64,000 nt of DNA, taken from NCBI RefSeq assembly GCF_006345805.1, contig NC_043014.1:23498001-23562000 (forward strand), given 5' to 3'. This document shows positions 25,456 through 38,290 of the stretch, piece after piece (position 1 is the stretch's first letter; the number at the start of each line of letters is the position of its first letter). Source of the DNA: Octopus sinensis. Taxonomy: Eukaryota. The translations under genes and the position numbers were made by a program. The notes below the pieces were generated by a model that was given only the letters and a program-made list of their open reading frames with translations, did no database searches and was not told where the DNA came from.

Positions 25456-27473
25456 TGTTTACAAAAAGAAAGTATTTATTTCTTTTATCAAAATATGCTA
25501 CTGGTTTCAATCGGTTTTTAAGATAATCTATTCATGCAGTGAGTGAAGGGAAATATACCGCATAAAAAACAAATAAAAAATCATTCATGATATCAATTCT
25601 TGAAATGTTTTCCTGACAAAATTCACAAGGTCCTGTTACTTGGATTTCTCCTGATGGGTTTTGGGTTGTAAAAGTAGTAGTGACAGTTTAAGAAGAGGCT
25701 GTTATTGTTATTCCTTACTGGGAATACTGGTTTGAAGGAGTAGCTATTAGTAGTAGTAGCAGCTGTTTTTGTCCTTATCGCGTCCCTAATTTTTATCGAT
25801 AAAAGTATCATTAAGGATAAAGCGGATATTCCCTAGAATGAATTTTAGCTCCTCAATTACTAATTTCTCTCTTAGGTGTTGTTGTAAATCAACTCTGTAA
25901 TAACCTGACAACAATCAAATTGCTTTAATTGCGAAATCGCGAGGAATATTTGAATAAAGGAAGTTTCATAAGAGACGAGTTAGATATATTAAGCCATTTT
26001 CCGAAAGCATTCAGTGAAAATCACGGTATCATTCGATGCAAGGAATCTTTTACAATGCATTGAATATGAATCAATAACAAGAACTGAAATGTATTCTAGT
26101 GAATACATTGAAATCTTTTATTCATAAGATCCTTGGAAATGATGAGGATGAAAACAGCCTACGTCTTTGTAAACTTATTACAATCCAGTGATTATGATGT
26201 ACTAAAAATCATTACAAAAATATGGGAGTAATCCCTTTAAATGTATAGAAGAAAACTAGAAAGCATATTTCAATGATTACTTCATTCAATGGAATAAAAG
26301 CATAGCAAAACTAAAAGAGTTCAAAACACTTCTTGATGGAGTTAGCAAAGATATGCAGTTCACCATGGAATATTGTCAAAACGTTTGTGTTGACGCCCCC
26401 AGACGATGAAGCAGGCTAGCCCAATACATAGATATAGATGGAGAAGCATAGATGTCAAGAGAACAGTTGAGTAGCGGAGAGAGTACAGAAGAGTTGAGTA
26501 GAAGGCATCCGAACGTGCGACATAACAAAAACCAACCCCCATTTTTAGATACCTTAAAAAAAAGTCACCAACTAAATAGGATAACAATATTTGCCTTTCA
26601 ATTTGTGCCATCCAAGACACACCAAGAGAAATGTCCGTTATAACTTAGCCAAAAAGATGTGCACAATTGTGTCATATAAAAACATATGTGACATAAAACT
26701 TCAGGAACTAATGACGCTTCAATACAGGAGTTATCAACTATTCTTAATCAATAAGTAATTCAACATCCAGGAACTAAAACAAGCCCCAACCCCACCGAAA
26801 AAATATCAGAATTGAAAGTCTTATATTTTTTCACCTCTAATTCTGAAGACAATGAAGCTTTCACCATCATATCTCAGAATACATTGACATTGAAAAAGGA
26901 ACCAAATCTTCCAAAAACATAACATCATAAAAAGCAGAAGACGGTCCCTACAAAAAAATAAATGAATAAATAACAAAGGCCAAACTTCTCCCAATAATAA
27001 CAGGACCAACAGTAAAAATGCCCAAGATTCAATTGTGATATATATCATGTCTAAAATCCGTTTCTGACATGAACAATTTTTCACAATGAAAATTAACTTC
27101 ACATCGGAAAACTAAATCTAAACATGGTCAAGAAAAAGAGAAAACTACTTAGGACAAACAAAAATATCCAAAAGATAACACATAACACTGAATAGATCCA
27201 AATTAAAATACCGGAATACAGGCAAAAAGAATTCAGTGAAAATATAGACGCAGGTGTATATAAGGAGCCACCAAATTTTACGATCTTCCCCTTGTACCAA
27301 TTTGCCGATTGCACATCACAACAAAAAGCGTGACTAAACTACAATTGATTCTACTGACACTGCTGATGCTCTTACTAATACCATGGCTTCTACTTATTCG
27401 GTCACTATTGCCATCACTACTGCTACGACCACTATCCATATTCTTACGACCGAGGGACAAGAACAAGTCACTC

Positions 27474-27477
<4 letters not shown>

Positions 27478-27521
<44 letters not shown>

Positions 27522-27566
27522 ATAATAATAATAATAATAATGATAATAATAATAATAATAATGATG

Positions 27567-27618
<52 letters not shown>
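27478..27618. repeat. (CTA)n-(AAT)n compound microsatellite
   Basis: Direct inspection. Confidence 0.98.
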
Positions 27619-27620
<2 letters not shown>

Positions 27621-27644
27621 TAAATTAAAATATAATTAAAATAA

Positions 27645-28297
27645 ATTAAGAAATGACAGAGTTGGCCAATATCTCCACTGGCTAATAAGTCGGCATTACA
27701 ATATCAAAACTGCCGACAAGTGGTATAATCAACCACCGAGGCTGTAACTGAAGGAGAAAATGTAACCATTCTGTGGGACTTTCCAGTACATACAGACCGA
27801 ACCATCAAGCCATAAACCAGATATCGTTGTGAAAGACCAAAACAATAAAGTTTGCTTATTGATCGACATGAGCATCCCTGTGATCATAATATCTCAGCGA
27901 AAGAGTTTGACAAGCTCAGAAAATATAAAGACCTACTCATTGAAATTGAGAAAATGTGGCATCTCAAGGCGGTTACAATACCAGTGATCGTAGGAGCACT
28001 AGGAATGATCAAGAAGGGAACCGAAATTATATGAGAATGATCCCTGGCTTACCATCCCTGCAAGAAGTGCAAAAGATTGTCTTAACTGGTCATCACACGT
28101 ATTGAAAGAGCATTGTCGATGTGAGAACTGTTGCTGCTCGTAATTTTAATTTAACTTTAAAAAAAAAAAAAAAAAAAATGAACGAACTACTGAGTTTGGT
28201 TTAATGGCCTACCAATGTATACTATGAGTCTCTTTACCCTAGGAGTCGGGAAGACACTCGGCAAGAAATGGAAGCAAATTTGAAAGAAGAAAAAAAA
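27645..28297 (+). mobile_element. R4/Dong-like non-LTR element 3' end (restriction-like endonuclease)
   Basis: TILWDFPVHTDRTI, KPDIVVKD, LLIDMSIP, KYKDL, IPVIVGALG; bounded by (TAA)n. Confidence 0.88.
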
Positions 28298-28551
28298 GTA
28301 ATAATAATAATAATAATAATAATCCTTTCTAATATAGGCACAAGGCCTGAAATTTGGAGGAAAGGGGTAGTCAATTACAGCGACCCCAGTACTCAACTGG
28401 TACTTAATTTATCGACCTGCTGCTTCTTACTAGGAATGATACAACCACAAGTACGAAGGCTGCTACCAATACTCCTGTTGCTACTAACAGTCACTCGTGA
28501 AAAACCAACATTACCAGCAAGGAACAGGGCTACTACTTCTAACAAAATTGT

Positions 28552-28611
<60 letters not shown>

Positions 28612-28882
28612 GTAGCCATCAGAAGGAAACCAACTACCAGCACCATATGAGTTTGTGAGGAAAACGTGAATTTCAAGAACTGATACCATGAAAGAATAAT
28701 TAAATTTATTTCAATTTATTTTCCCCAACAGTTGCTTCAGCAAATCATACTTTAAACTACTGAACCTGAAATGGTAATATTTTCTTTTGTCTACGATGAA
28801 GTTCTCAAAGTGATGTTTTCGTTTTTATTCTTTAATACAAATTTACTCTTGTAGAACACATTAACCTTTTCACTCTTTCAAT

Positions 28883-29275
28883 AATCGTAGGCATACATAC
28901 ATACATACATACATACATACATACATACATACATACGTACATACATACATACATACGTACATACATACATACATACACACACACATATATATATATATCC
29001 ATACATGCATGCATACATACATACATATATATGTATATAACTACATACATGCATGCATACATACATACATATATATCTACATACATGCATACATACATAC
29101 ATACATGCATACATACATACATACATACATACATACATACATACATACATACATACATGCATGCATGCATACATACATACATACATACATACATACATAC
29201 ATACATACATACATACATACATACATGTATGCATACATACATACATATATATATCTACATACATGCATGCATACA
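28883..29275. repeat. (CATA)n microsatellite
   Basis: Direct inspection. Confidence 0.98.
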
Positions 29276-29326
29276 TTATGGCTGCCCCCTCGTTATCGAG
29301 TATGGCCATTGCACGAAGCTTAACTG

Positions 29327-30640
29327 TTACTGATGCTGTGATCGAATGCGGCTTTTTAGCCCAGCTAAAGATCTACAATGTCTTGTACAAAATTGGCAAC
29401 TAAGACCTTTACTGGTAATAGCCGGCTGTAGTTGTAACTGGGCTTCATGTACCTTTGCATGTCGTTTAAGTCTTCCTGCCGAATTACACTCCCTTCCACA
29501 TGCCCGACAGATATGATTAGTATGGTGTGTTACACCACCACCAGTGGCCAGGTTGTCACTCATCTGTCTCGTTTTATGACTACGAAGATGACTCATGATT
29601 CCAGTTTTACTGAGGCAGGGTCTTGCACAGACATTGCATGTCAGAATCAAAGGAAGACCCTTCCCTTCTGGAAGTGTAACAGCGATGCCCTTCCTGACAT
29701 CCCTCCTTACTTTCTCATGTGCAACTCGAGATTTCTCAGACGTGACTGTCCCCTCATACACAATCCTTCTCCACCTGCTACGATCAATAGCTATGCCTTC
29801 CCATGTGTCAGGTGAGATGCAAGCATCTCTTAAGGAAGCCTTCAGCAAGTCCTTATGCCTCTTTTTTGGTTTATGTGGAGGTCGTTCTCCTTTAGCTAAC
29901 TCTCCATAAAAGAGTTGTTTTGGCATCCTTGAATCCTTCATTCTGACCAGATGACCACTCCATCTGAGCCTTTGCTTTAACACAAGAGCTTCTATACTTA
30001 CACACCGAGAGCCTTCGAGTATTCCAAGATCACTGATGCGGTCCTTCCACTTAATGCTATAGATCCGTCTGAGACACATCTGATGGAAACGTTCCAGATG
30101 TTTAAGGTGGTATCGATATGCGACCCACGTCTCGCAGGCATAGAGAAGGGAGCACACATGCCTTGTACACCTTTATCTTTGTCTTTCTGCATATGTCGCC
30201 CCGACCCCAGAGGCGCTTTTTTAGCCTTCCGAAAGCAACACTTGCTTTCCTAATTCTGTAGGGAACTTCATCATCCACATTGCCATATTTATTAATAGTG
30301 CTTCCCAGATAGACAACTGATCGACTACATCAAGTTGTTTACCATTCACATAGATATTTGGTACACTATACTGCTTACCATGACAACAGTTTTCTTGAGA
30401 TTAACTGTCAATCCTAAGGCAGTGGAAGCATCAGAGAATGCATTCAAAATGTGTTGCATATCAATCTCTGTGTGTGCTACTAGTTCTCAATCATCAGCAT
30501 ACAAAAGGTCTCTTATGATAGAGGTAAATATCTTTGTTTTTGCAGCAAAGCGCCTGATATTAAATATGCTGCCAGAGGTTCGATAATGGACGTAAACACC
30601 GTATCTGCAGTTTCTGAATGCAATACAGAACACCATCGCG
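29327..30640 (-). mobile_element. RTE-clade LINE 3' part (RT from YADD, C-terminal C2H2 fingers)
   Basis: RDLLYADD, LLYACETW, RLRWSGHLVRM, MPKQLFYGEL; 276-aa open frame 29327-30157. Confidence 0.92.
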
Positions 30641-30663
30641 AAATATATGCATACATACATACA

Positions 30664-30696
<33 letters not shown>

Positions 30697-30763
30697 CTAC
30701 ATACATGCATGCATACATACATACATACATACATACATACATACATACATACATACATACATA

Positions 30764-30801
<38 letters not shown>

Positions 30802-31147
30802 TACTACGGCACTCCGACGGTTGCGGCGACGAGGGTTCCAGTTGATCCCATCAACGGAAGAGCCTGCTCGTGAAATTAATGTGCAAGTGGTTGAGCACTC
30901 CATAGATACGTGCACCCATGACGTAGTTCTCGGGGAGATTCAGCCTGATACAGGGTATGACAAGGATGGCCCCTTGAAATACAAATACAACAGAAATAGT
31001 AAGAAAGAGTGAAAGCTGTGGTGAAAGAGTACACCAGGGTTCGCCACCACCCTCTGCCGGTTCCTCGTAGAGCTCAATAAACACTCACAACGCCCGGTCT
31101 ATGACCGCGAGTCCGCTGCCCTAACCACTACGCCATTGTGCCTCCAC
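30802..31147 (-). mobile_element. SINE family C
   Basis: Reverse complement of 35602-35983. Confidence 0.88.
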
Positions 31148-31214
31148 ATGCACACATACATACATACATACATACATACATACATACATACATACATACA
31201 TAGTGACGTAAACC

Positions 31215-31800
31215 TCTTCTACCTAAAACGTAAACAAAGCGGCAGAGGCTTAATATTCCTTTGGCAACATCTTTTAACCACCAAGTGACAAAGTGCATCC
31301 CCTGACCAAGTTTGAATACATGAGGCTGATACCATCTTAAGACTTGGAAGGCAGCTCCTGAGCAACGCTCTTTGTTTGATAACCTAGAATACATGCGCAA
31401 AAAAGTCGCACGACTCTACCACAACATATCATCAGATGAAAGGATGAGCCTATATGAGCAGAAGTCTATGGATGGATATGTTAGAAGAAAGCTCCGTGAT
31501 GATAGTAACATCGATCATCAAAGCAGTTTATGATGGATGAATAGCTGGATTACTACCTCCCACTTTGAAGGTATGCGTTTGTAATATAGGAATAGGAAAC
31601 GTCAACCAATCATCTGATGCACAAAAGGGATAGAAATGCAGGGAAACCTGTAAAATGTGACAACCGAAGCAGACTTTGTGGAATTCATACTGAATATATC
31701 ACTCACATCATAAGCAGTTGTCCGAAAATGACATCACGTATTACCTACCAATGAGACATGACATTGCAGCTAGGTCACTCTACAATGAAATCCGTCGGCT
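31215..31800 (+). mobile_element. R4/Dong-like fragment (RT thumb to CCHC)
   Basis: YLKRKQSGRGL; RLCGIHTEYITHIISSCPKM; RHDIAA. Confidence 0.78.
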
Positions 31801-32149
31801 TTACTTCCATTCACGCCAGCTTAATTTAATTCGTCTTTAGTCGAAAGACAGCTGTTGTTATGTTATTTGAATTTGTGTAACCTTTTCCGTTTTTTTCTGT
31901 CCTTGTTTCCGTATACTTTCGATGCTTTCTTCCAAGAAATCTAATGTTCTTAGCTTAGTTTTTCCTTGGGGCTGGCGAACAATCTCGAGTATAACCAGCC
32001 GAAATTGCAAAGATAATCTGGAACTCGACTGAGGAATGAAAACTCTGAATAACCCGTCCTTGTTTTCTTTGTATCGTCTATCTGGATGTTTTGTTGTTCC
32101 TTTCTTGTATCATCTAATTGTCCAGATGTTTTGCATTCTTGTCCCATTT

Positions 32150-32195
<46 letters not shown>

Positions 32196-32196
32196 A

Positions 32197-32244
<48 letters not shown>

Positions 32245-32258
32245 TGTGTGTGTGTGTG

Positions 32259-32301
<43 letters not shown>

Positions 32302-32462
32302 GTAATATATGTGACAATTATTCGGTTGCCCAATAATTGTCACATATTATATTGCAGATAAATTCCTCTTTTTACATAATATTGAGGTCTCTTTCATTCT
32401 TTTGTTGTTATACTATTACTATTATTCGGTGATCAGTAAATAAATTTTACTGATAATATGAT

Positions 32463-32720
32463 ATATTTGCGAAGGGGTTGCAGTCATCTCAGCGAGCGAG
32501 ACTGCCTACCCTGAATTGACGACGAGCAATAGACTCAGAAACATATGTCTTCAGGTGCTTAGTCCCAGCTGGCGGGGGTGATTGCCTCCCCTTTGCAAAT
32601 ATAAGGACACAGAAAATGTGTCAAAGCCGACAGGAGACGTCGATGTTTCCTAGGGCTAAATGGCGGTGATGTAATTCCCTTACGGGACTGTCACATTGAG
32701 TTGACAGTATACGACCACTA
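32463..32720 (+). mobile_element. Short non-coding hammerhead-bearing element (putative non-autonomous PLE derivative)
   Basis: Homologous segments at about 37040-37180 and 39201-39306; ends in a TA run. Confidence 0.7.
32510..32555 (+). ncRNA. Minimal type I hammerhead, U3 variant
   Basis: CCTGAA-TTGACGA-cGAG caataga CTCa-GAAA-CATATG-TC-TTCAGG; palindromic stem III ACATATGT; GUC triplet. Confidence 0.78.
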
Positions 32721-33193
32721 TATATATATATCTTCAATTGATGTGGAACCCATACTTTAAGCCTACTGACATGGCAAAGTTGATGCAGATACTTTTCAAA
32801 GCTCGATTTGGATATCTGCAGAATATCTGTGGTCATCCTGGTGGGGTTGGTGTCCACTAGCTAATTCATTTTGTCGTTGTTAATTTTAGTTGGCCAGCCT
32901 GAGCGAGGACCCCCAAATATTCCCAATGGAAACCTTGTAAACCACTTCTGGCATACAGGTTCCCTAACTGCATCCCCTCTGTACACAACGAATATTTACC
33001 TGCAAGTTTCCGCCACTTTCTTGCCTTTTCTTAAAAGAAAAAAGCCCACGAGGTGTCAATAATGTTCAATTTAGTTCACCATTTTCAGTGTGATCCCAAG
33101 CACACATCTTGTAGAACCTGTCACGTTGCGAGTTCGTGTCAAACTACGCTGAACTGTCAAGTATCTAACGAGTGAGCATGCACAATGGACATA

Positions 33194-33704
33194 CCGTAAA
33201 TCCTCGAGTATAGTCCGCCCTTGAGTATAATACGCAGGGGCTTTTTAGGGGGCTGTACCTCTGAAAAACCTAAACCTTGTGTATAATACGCACCCCTTCT
33301 CTAACTTGAGTCAAGGAGGTCTATATAACGTCCTTGGTTTGTAAAACTGTATACGGTAACGTCCTTTATTATTATTGTATATATAACATAATGCAAACGT
33401 GTAGCTTTTTTATGCATTTTGTTAGCAGAAAATAAAGAAATAACAGTAATAACGTTTAATAAATGTTGCTTATTGCAAGTTATGGGTGATTCTTTTATGA
33501 CTTCATTGCTTTCAGGCTTAGCTTAAGGTATTTTCGCGCCGACATCACAAAATGCGTCTGAATAAACATTGCCGGACAGCAAATAGAGACTCTGACATTG
33601 CTTAGAAAATAATTTTCATTTTTAATCTCGTATATAGTACGCTCTGGGGATTTTGACCTTTAAATTTTGGGGAAAAAAAACGGATTATACTCGAGTGTTC
33701 AAAG
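33194..33704. mobile_element. pogo/Tigger-like MITE
   Basis: TA then CCGTAAATCCTCGAGTATAGTCCG at the left end; CGGATTATACTCGAG at the right end. Confidence 0.7.
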
Positions 33705-33758
33705 TTTAGTATCCACAAAATACCAAATATACTTTTTGGCCAGTCGTACGTATCCACT

Positions 33759-33847
33759 GTCAAACACATACTCGGACAAATTTAATCTTCACTGATTTAT
33801 ATGGTATAAACCAGTGAAGACTAAATTTGTCTAAGTATGCGTTTGAC
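33759..33847. repeat. 89-bp imperfect palindrome
   Basis: GTCAAAC...CTTCACTGATTTATA tgg TATAAACCAGTGAAG...GTTTGAC. Confidence 0.85.
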
Positions 33848-34526
33848 GTGCAATGATAAAGAAATGTTTCGGTTGCCTTGGCAGCTCGTTTTTCGTCTTT
33901 TACTGACTTACTTTTGTATTTGTTAGTACTATCCATCTAGACAAGCAGCTTTCTGAAGCCGAATGCTACAATCTTCTTTTGATTTTTGGCAGTATATTCA
34001 CGTTGAATAAGATATACAAAATGCTAGTATATTTTCATAAACTGGATTATTTCTTTATTCCTAAAGATTTCGTGCAACTAACACTTACCGGAGAAGTTTA
34101 TGCGTTTGTGTGTGTGGGCGCGTATGTATGTATTTACATTCACAAATCCACTCTCATATACATACATACATACATACATACATACATACGCGTACACACT
34201 CACACACAAACACACACATACACATTTAGATACGCACAAAAGCAAGAAAAAAATGCACGTAGTTCTGTCAGAATTAGTTAGTACTTGACTGATTTCCATG
34301 CAAGTTAATAGCTCGTCAGGCATATGGAGATCGAGTAACAGGAAATGAGACAAATTCAAGACGGCTTCTAGATGCTAGGCCTCTGTTGATCAACTCAGAT
34401 CACGCGGTGTTATTTGTATGGAATCGTTCTCAGATTCACTTTGTTGGACAAGATATTGGTTGGTTGCTCTCGGCGCTTTGCCTGGAGCTTGCAGTATTGT
34501 TATGTAACAAAGCGATGAGCCGAATT

Positions 34527-34750
34527 AAGGCGGCGAGCTGGCAGAAACGTTAGCATGCCGGACGAAATGCGTAGCCGTATTTCGTCTGACGTTACGTTCT
34601 GAGTTCAAATTCCGCCGAGGTCGACTTTGCCTTTCATCCTCTCGGGGTCGATAAATTAAGTACCAGTTACGCACTGGGGTCGATATAATCGACTCAATCC
34701 GTTTGTCTGTCCTTGTTTGTCCCCTTGTGGGTAGTAAAGAAATAGGTATT
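34527..34750 (+). mobile_element. SINE family B monomer
   Basis: Family consensus head and body. Confidence 0.9.
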
Positions 34751-35110
34751 GTTATGTAACAACATCAGTTCATTGCATTTGCAGCCACACATAGCAGAGC
34801 GGGATGTTATCGCGGGTTAGTAGAAAGCTACAGCTAAAGAATGCACAGACTTTTCGCGGAACTAATCAGACTAATACGGCCAGCAATGTTTAGCTGCCAA
34901 GCAGTTGAGTACAGAGCAGATAATGCTAAGGTGGTATATCTGGATGGTTGGGTGCCAGTGGGTTGAAGTTCATTAACACAGCATACCCTCAGTGGTAACA
35001 GTCATATGATTCAATCTTCCTGTTGATAGATACTGTAGGTTGGTTGATGTGTAATCTTTCACGGAGGCAGTTGTGAGCTCCAGGCGAGTTACGGCGGGAC
35101 CTTGTCAATG

Positions 35111-35497
35111 GTGGAAGCACTCCGTCGGTTACGACGATGAGGGTTCCGGTTGATCCGAATCAACGGAACAGCCTGCTCGTGAAATTAACGTGTAAGTGGC
35201 TGAGCACTCCACAGACACGTGTACCCTTAACGTAGTTCTCGGGGATATTCAGCGTGACACAGAGAGTGACAAGGCCGGCCCTTTGAAATACAGGTACAAC
35301 AGAAACAGGAAGTAAGAGTGAGAGAAAGTTGTGGTGAAAGAGTACAGCAGGGACCACCACCATCCCCTGCCAGAGCCTCGTGGAGCTTTAGGTGTTTTCG
35401 CTCAATAAACACTCACAACACCCGGTCTGGGAATCGAAACCGCGATCCTATGACCGCGAGTCCGCTGCCCTAACCACTGGGCCATTGCGCCTCCACT
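35111..35497 (-). mobile_element. SINE family C, full length with 11-bp TSD
   Basis: TSD CCTTGTCAATG at 35100-35110 and 35498-35508; tRNA-like A and B boxes. Confidence 0.95.
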
Positions 35498-35601
35498 CCT
35501 TGTCAATGAGACACCATTCGATGTTGTTCCGGTGGTCACGGAATCTCCAGATAAAATAGGATAGGGTGGAAGATTTTTTCATACACATACTCATATATAT
35601 A

Positions 35602-35983
35602 GTGGAAGCACAATGGCCTAGTGGCTAGGGCAGCGGACTCGTGGTCATACGATCGCGGTTTCGATTCCCAGACCGGGCGTTGTGAGTGTTTATTGAGCGA
35701 AAACACCTAACACGAGGCTCCGGCAAGGGGTGGGGGTGGCGAACTCTTCTGCATTCTTTCACCACATCTTTCTCTCACTTCTTTCTTCTTGTTTCTGTTG
35801 TACCTGTATTTCAAAGGGTCAGCCTTGTCACACTCTGTGTCACGCTGAATCTCCCTGAGAACTACGTTAAGGGTACACGTGTCTGTGGAGTGCTCAGCCA
35901 CTTGCATGTTAATTTCACGAGCAGGCTGTTCCGTTGATCGGGTCAACTGGAACCCTCGTCGTCGTAACCGACGGAGCGCCGTA
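35602..35983 (+). mobile_element. SINE family C, full length
   Basis: A box TGGCCTAGTGG, B box GGTTTCGATTCCC. Confidence 0.93.
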
Positions 35984-35984
35984 G

Positions 35985-36018
<34 letters not shown>

Positions 36019-36041
36019 TGTATGTATGTATGTATGTATGA

Positions 36042-36118
<77 letters not shown>

Positions 36119-36274
36119 TGTGTGCGTGCGTGAGTCCGTTTTCCTATTCTTAAGTTGGTATTATAATACAGAGCTTTCAAATTCACTATTACTCAAAATC
36201 ACAAAAATGAGACTTAGGAAATTTGTGACGTTGGTACATATTTATTCACGGTTGGATACACAAGATCGGAAATT

Positions 36275-36510
36275 CAATCTCCAGCAGAGTGTTGTGGCCT
36301 TGAGCAAGACACTTTACTTCTGGTCGATCCAATCCACTCAACTGGCAAAAATGAGTCACATTCTGTGTTACACTGAATCTCCCTGAAAATCACGCTAAAT
36401 GTACGAGTGTCTGTGGAGTTCTCAGCCACTTCAACGTTAATTTTACGAACAGGCTCTGCTATTAATAAGATCAAGTGGACCGCTTGTCTTCGTAACCGAC
36501 GGAGAGCCAA
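36275..36510 (+). mobile_element. Chimeric SINE: family D-like core with family C tail
   Basis: TTGAGCAAGACACTTTA (as at about 41920) joined to GTCTGTGGAG..CTCAGCCAC..CGTAACCGACGGAG. Confidence 0.65.
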
Positions 36511-36549
36511 GGCCAATACAATTTTTGAAAATAAAACATTTTTTGATCA

Positions 36550-36955
36550 GGCGCAGGAGTGGCTGTGTGGTAAGTAGCTTGTTTACCAACGACATGGTTC
36601 CGGGTTCAGTCCCATTGCCTAGCACCTTGGGCAAGTGTCTACTACTATAGCCTCGGGTCGACCAAAGCCTTGTGAGTGGATTTGATAGACGGAAACTGAA
36701 AGAAGTCCGTCGTATATATGTATATATATATATATGCGTGTGTGTGTGTGTCTGTGTTTGTCCTCCATCATCGCTTGACAACCGATACTGGTGTGTATAC
36801 GTCCCCGTAACTTAGTGGTTCGGCAAAAAAGACCGATAGAATAAGTACTAGGCTTACAATGTATAAATCCTGGGGTCGATTTGCTCGACTAAAGGCGGTG
36901 CTCCAGCATGGCCGCAGTCAAATGACTGAAACAAGTAAAAAAGTAAAAAAGATGT
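36550..36955 (+). mobile_element. SINE family A, full length
   Basis: Head to (AAGTAAA)n tail. Confidence 0.93.
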
Positions 36956-37036
36956 AAAGTAGAGGGTGTGTTTCACTTTGAAGGCTATATGTTCGAACGT
37001 TGAACTCAGCAACGCCATCTGTCCAAAGCAGCTACG

Positions 37037-37077
37037 CTGTGTTGATAAAGAGCAATGACCCAGAAACTAGTCCACAG
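37037..37077 (+). ncRNA. Minimal type I hammerhead, U3-A8 variant (stem II degenerate)
   Basis: CTGTG-TTGATAA-agagcaatgaccca-GAAA-CTAG-TC-CACAG; palindromic stem III ACTAGT; downstream AAATATAAGGACAC shared with 32597-32610. Confidence 0.68.
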
Positions 37078-37386
37078 ATATTACTTTGAGTGCTGAGCTC
37101 TCTGTTCGAAAATATAAGGACACGGATAGTGTGTCGTATAACCAGCTAGAAACGATGTTTCTTGGGGGCTAAAACAACAGTAACATCCGTCCTTTTCGGG
37201 GCAGCCACGTCATGTTGGCAAATAGCCTTTACTTTAAAAAACATTTACTCCTTATCAGCATTTCGATAGTTAGATCCTTCTTTACAATTGCGAAAGATTT
37301 TGATTGTATATATTTTTAGACACCTCTGTGAATTCTATTCGCTGCCACGAATTCTGAAAATAGTGAAAAAATATGAAAAAAAGAAT

Positions 37387-37569
37387 TAGTGGCTGTGTGG
37401 TAAGTAGCTTGCTAACCAACCACATGGTTCCGGGTTCAGTCCCACTGCGTGGCATCTTGGGCAAGTGTCTTCTGCTATAGCCCCGGGCCGACCAATGCCT
37501 TGTGAGTGGATTTGGTAGACGGAAACTGAAAGAAGCCTGTCGTATATGTATATATATATATATATTATA

Positions 37570-37617
<48 letters not shown>

Positions 37618-37651
37618 GTATGTATATATATATATATATGTCGTATATATG

Positions 37652-37683
<32 letters not shown>

Positions 37684-37703
37684 TATATATATGTATATAT
37701 ACA

Positions 37704-37752
<49 letters not shown>

Positions 37753-37980
37753 CGTGTGTGTGTTTGTGTCTGTGTTTGTCCCCCTAGCATTGCTTGACAA
37801 CCGATGCTGGTGTGTTTACGTCCCCGTCACTTAGCGGTTCGGCAAAAAGAGACCGATAGAATAAGTACTGGGCTTACAAAGAATAAGTCCCGGGGTTGAT
37901 TTGCTCGACTAAAGGCGGTGCTCCAGCATGGCCGCAGTCAAATGACTGAAACAAGTAAAAGAGTAAAGAGTAAAGAGTAT
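37387..37980 (+). mobile_element. SINE family A with expanded internal (TA)n
   Basis: Family consensus. Confidence 0.92.
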
Positions 37981-38034
37981 AGTAAGCCAAAACAAGCATA
38001 TTTACACAATCCTAATATTTTTTATATATTTTTT

Positions 38035-38233
38035 TATATTTTACTTGTTCCAATCATTAAACAGTGGCCATGCTAGGGCAACATTGATAAGGGCTTTAAT
38101 TGACTCCAGTACTTAATTATTATCTAAGTCCGCTACATATTCTATTGGTCTCTTTTGCCGAACAGCTATGTTAAGGCGGTCGAAAAGAACGCAACTCCGG
38201 TTTTCAAGCATTAGGAGGAGAGATACAACAGAA

Positions 38234-38290
<57 letters not shown>

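Larger units (their letters stand above)
32318..33130 (-). mobile_element. Internally deleted mariner (HTH region), interrupted by the hammerhead element
   Basis: Minus frames give VCQKWFTRF, GPRSG, ISKSSFEKYLHQL and LKVWVPHQL; TIR-like ATTCGGTTGCCCAATAA near 32320. Confidence 0.7.

Noticed and set aside
24400-27300. About 3 kb of non-repeat-looking DNA with short hydrophobic frames
   Set aside because: All frames are broken by stops, with no recognisable family or convincing splice sites; BLASTX is needed.
31960-32020. GGCTGG...CCAGCC-GAAA stem resembling a PLE terminus
   Set aside because: No CUGANGA upstream.
34275-34330. Minus-strand CTGACGA...GAAA
   Set aside because: The intervening bases do not close stem II, and there is no UH with stem I.
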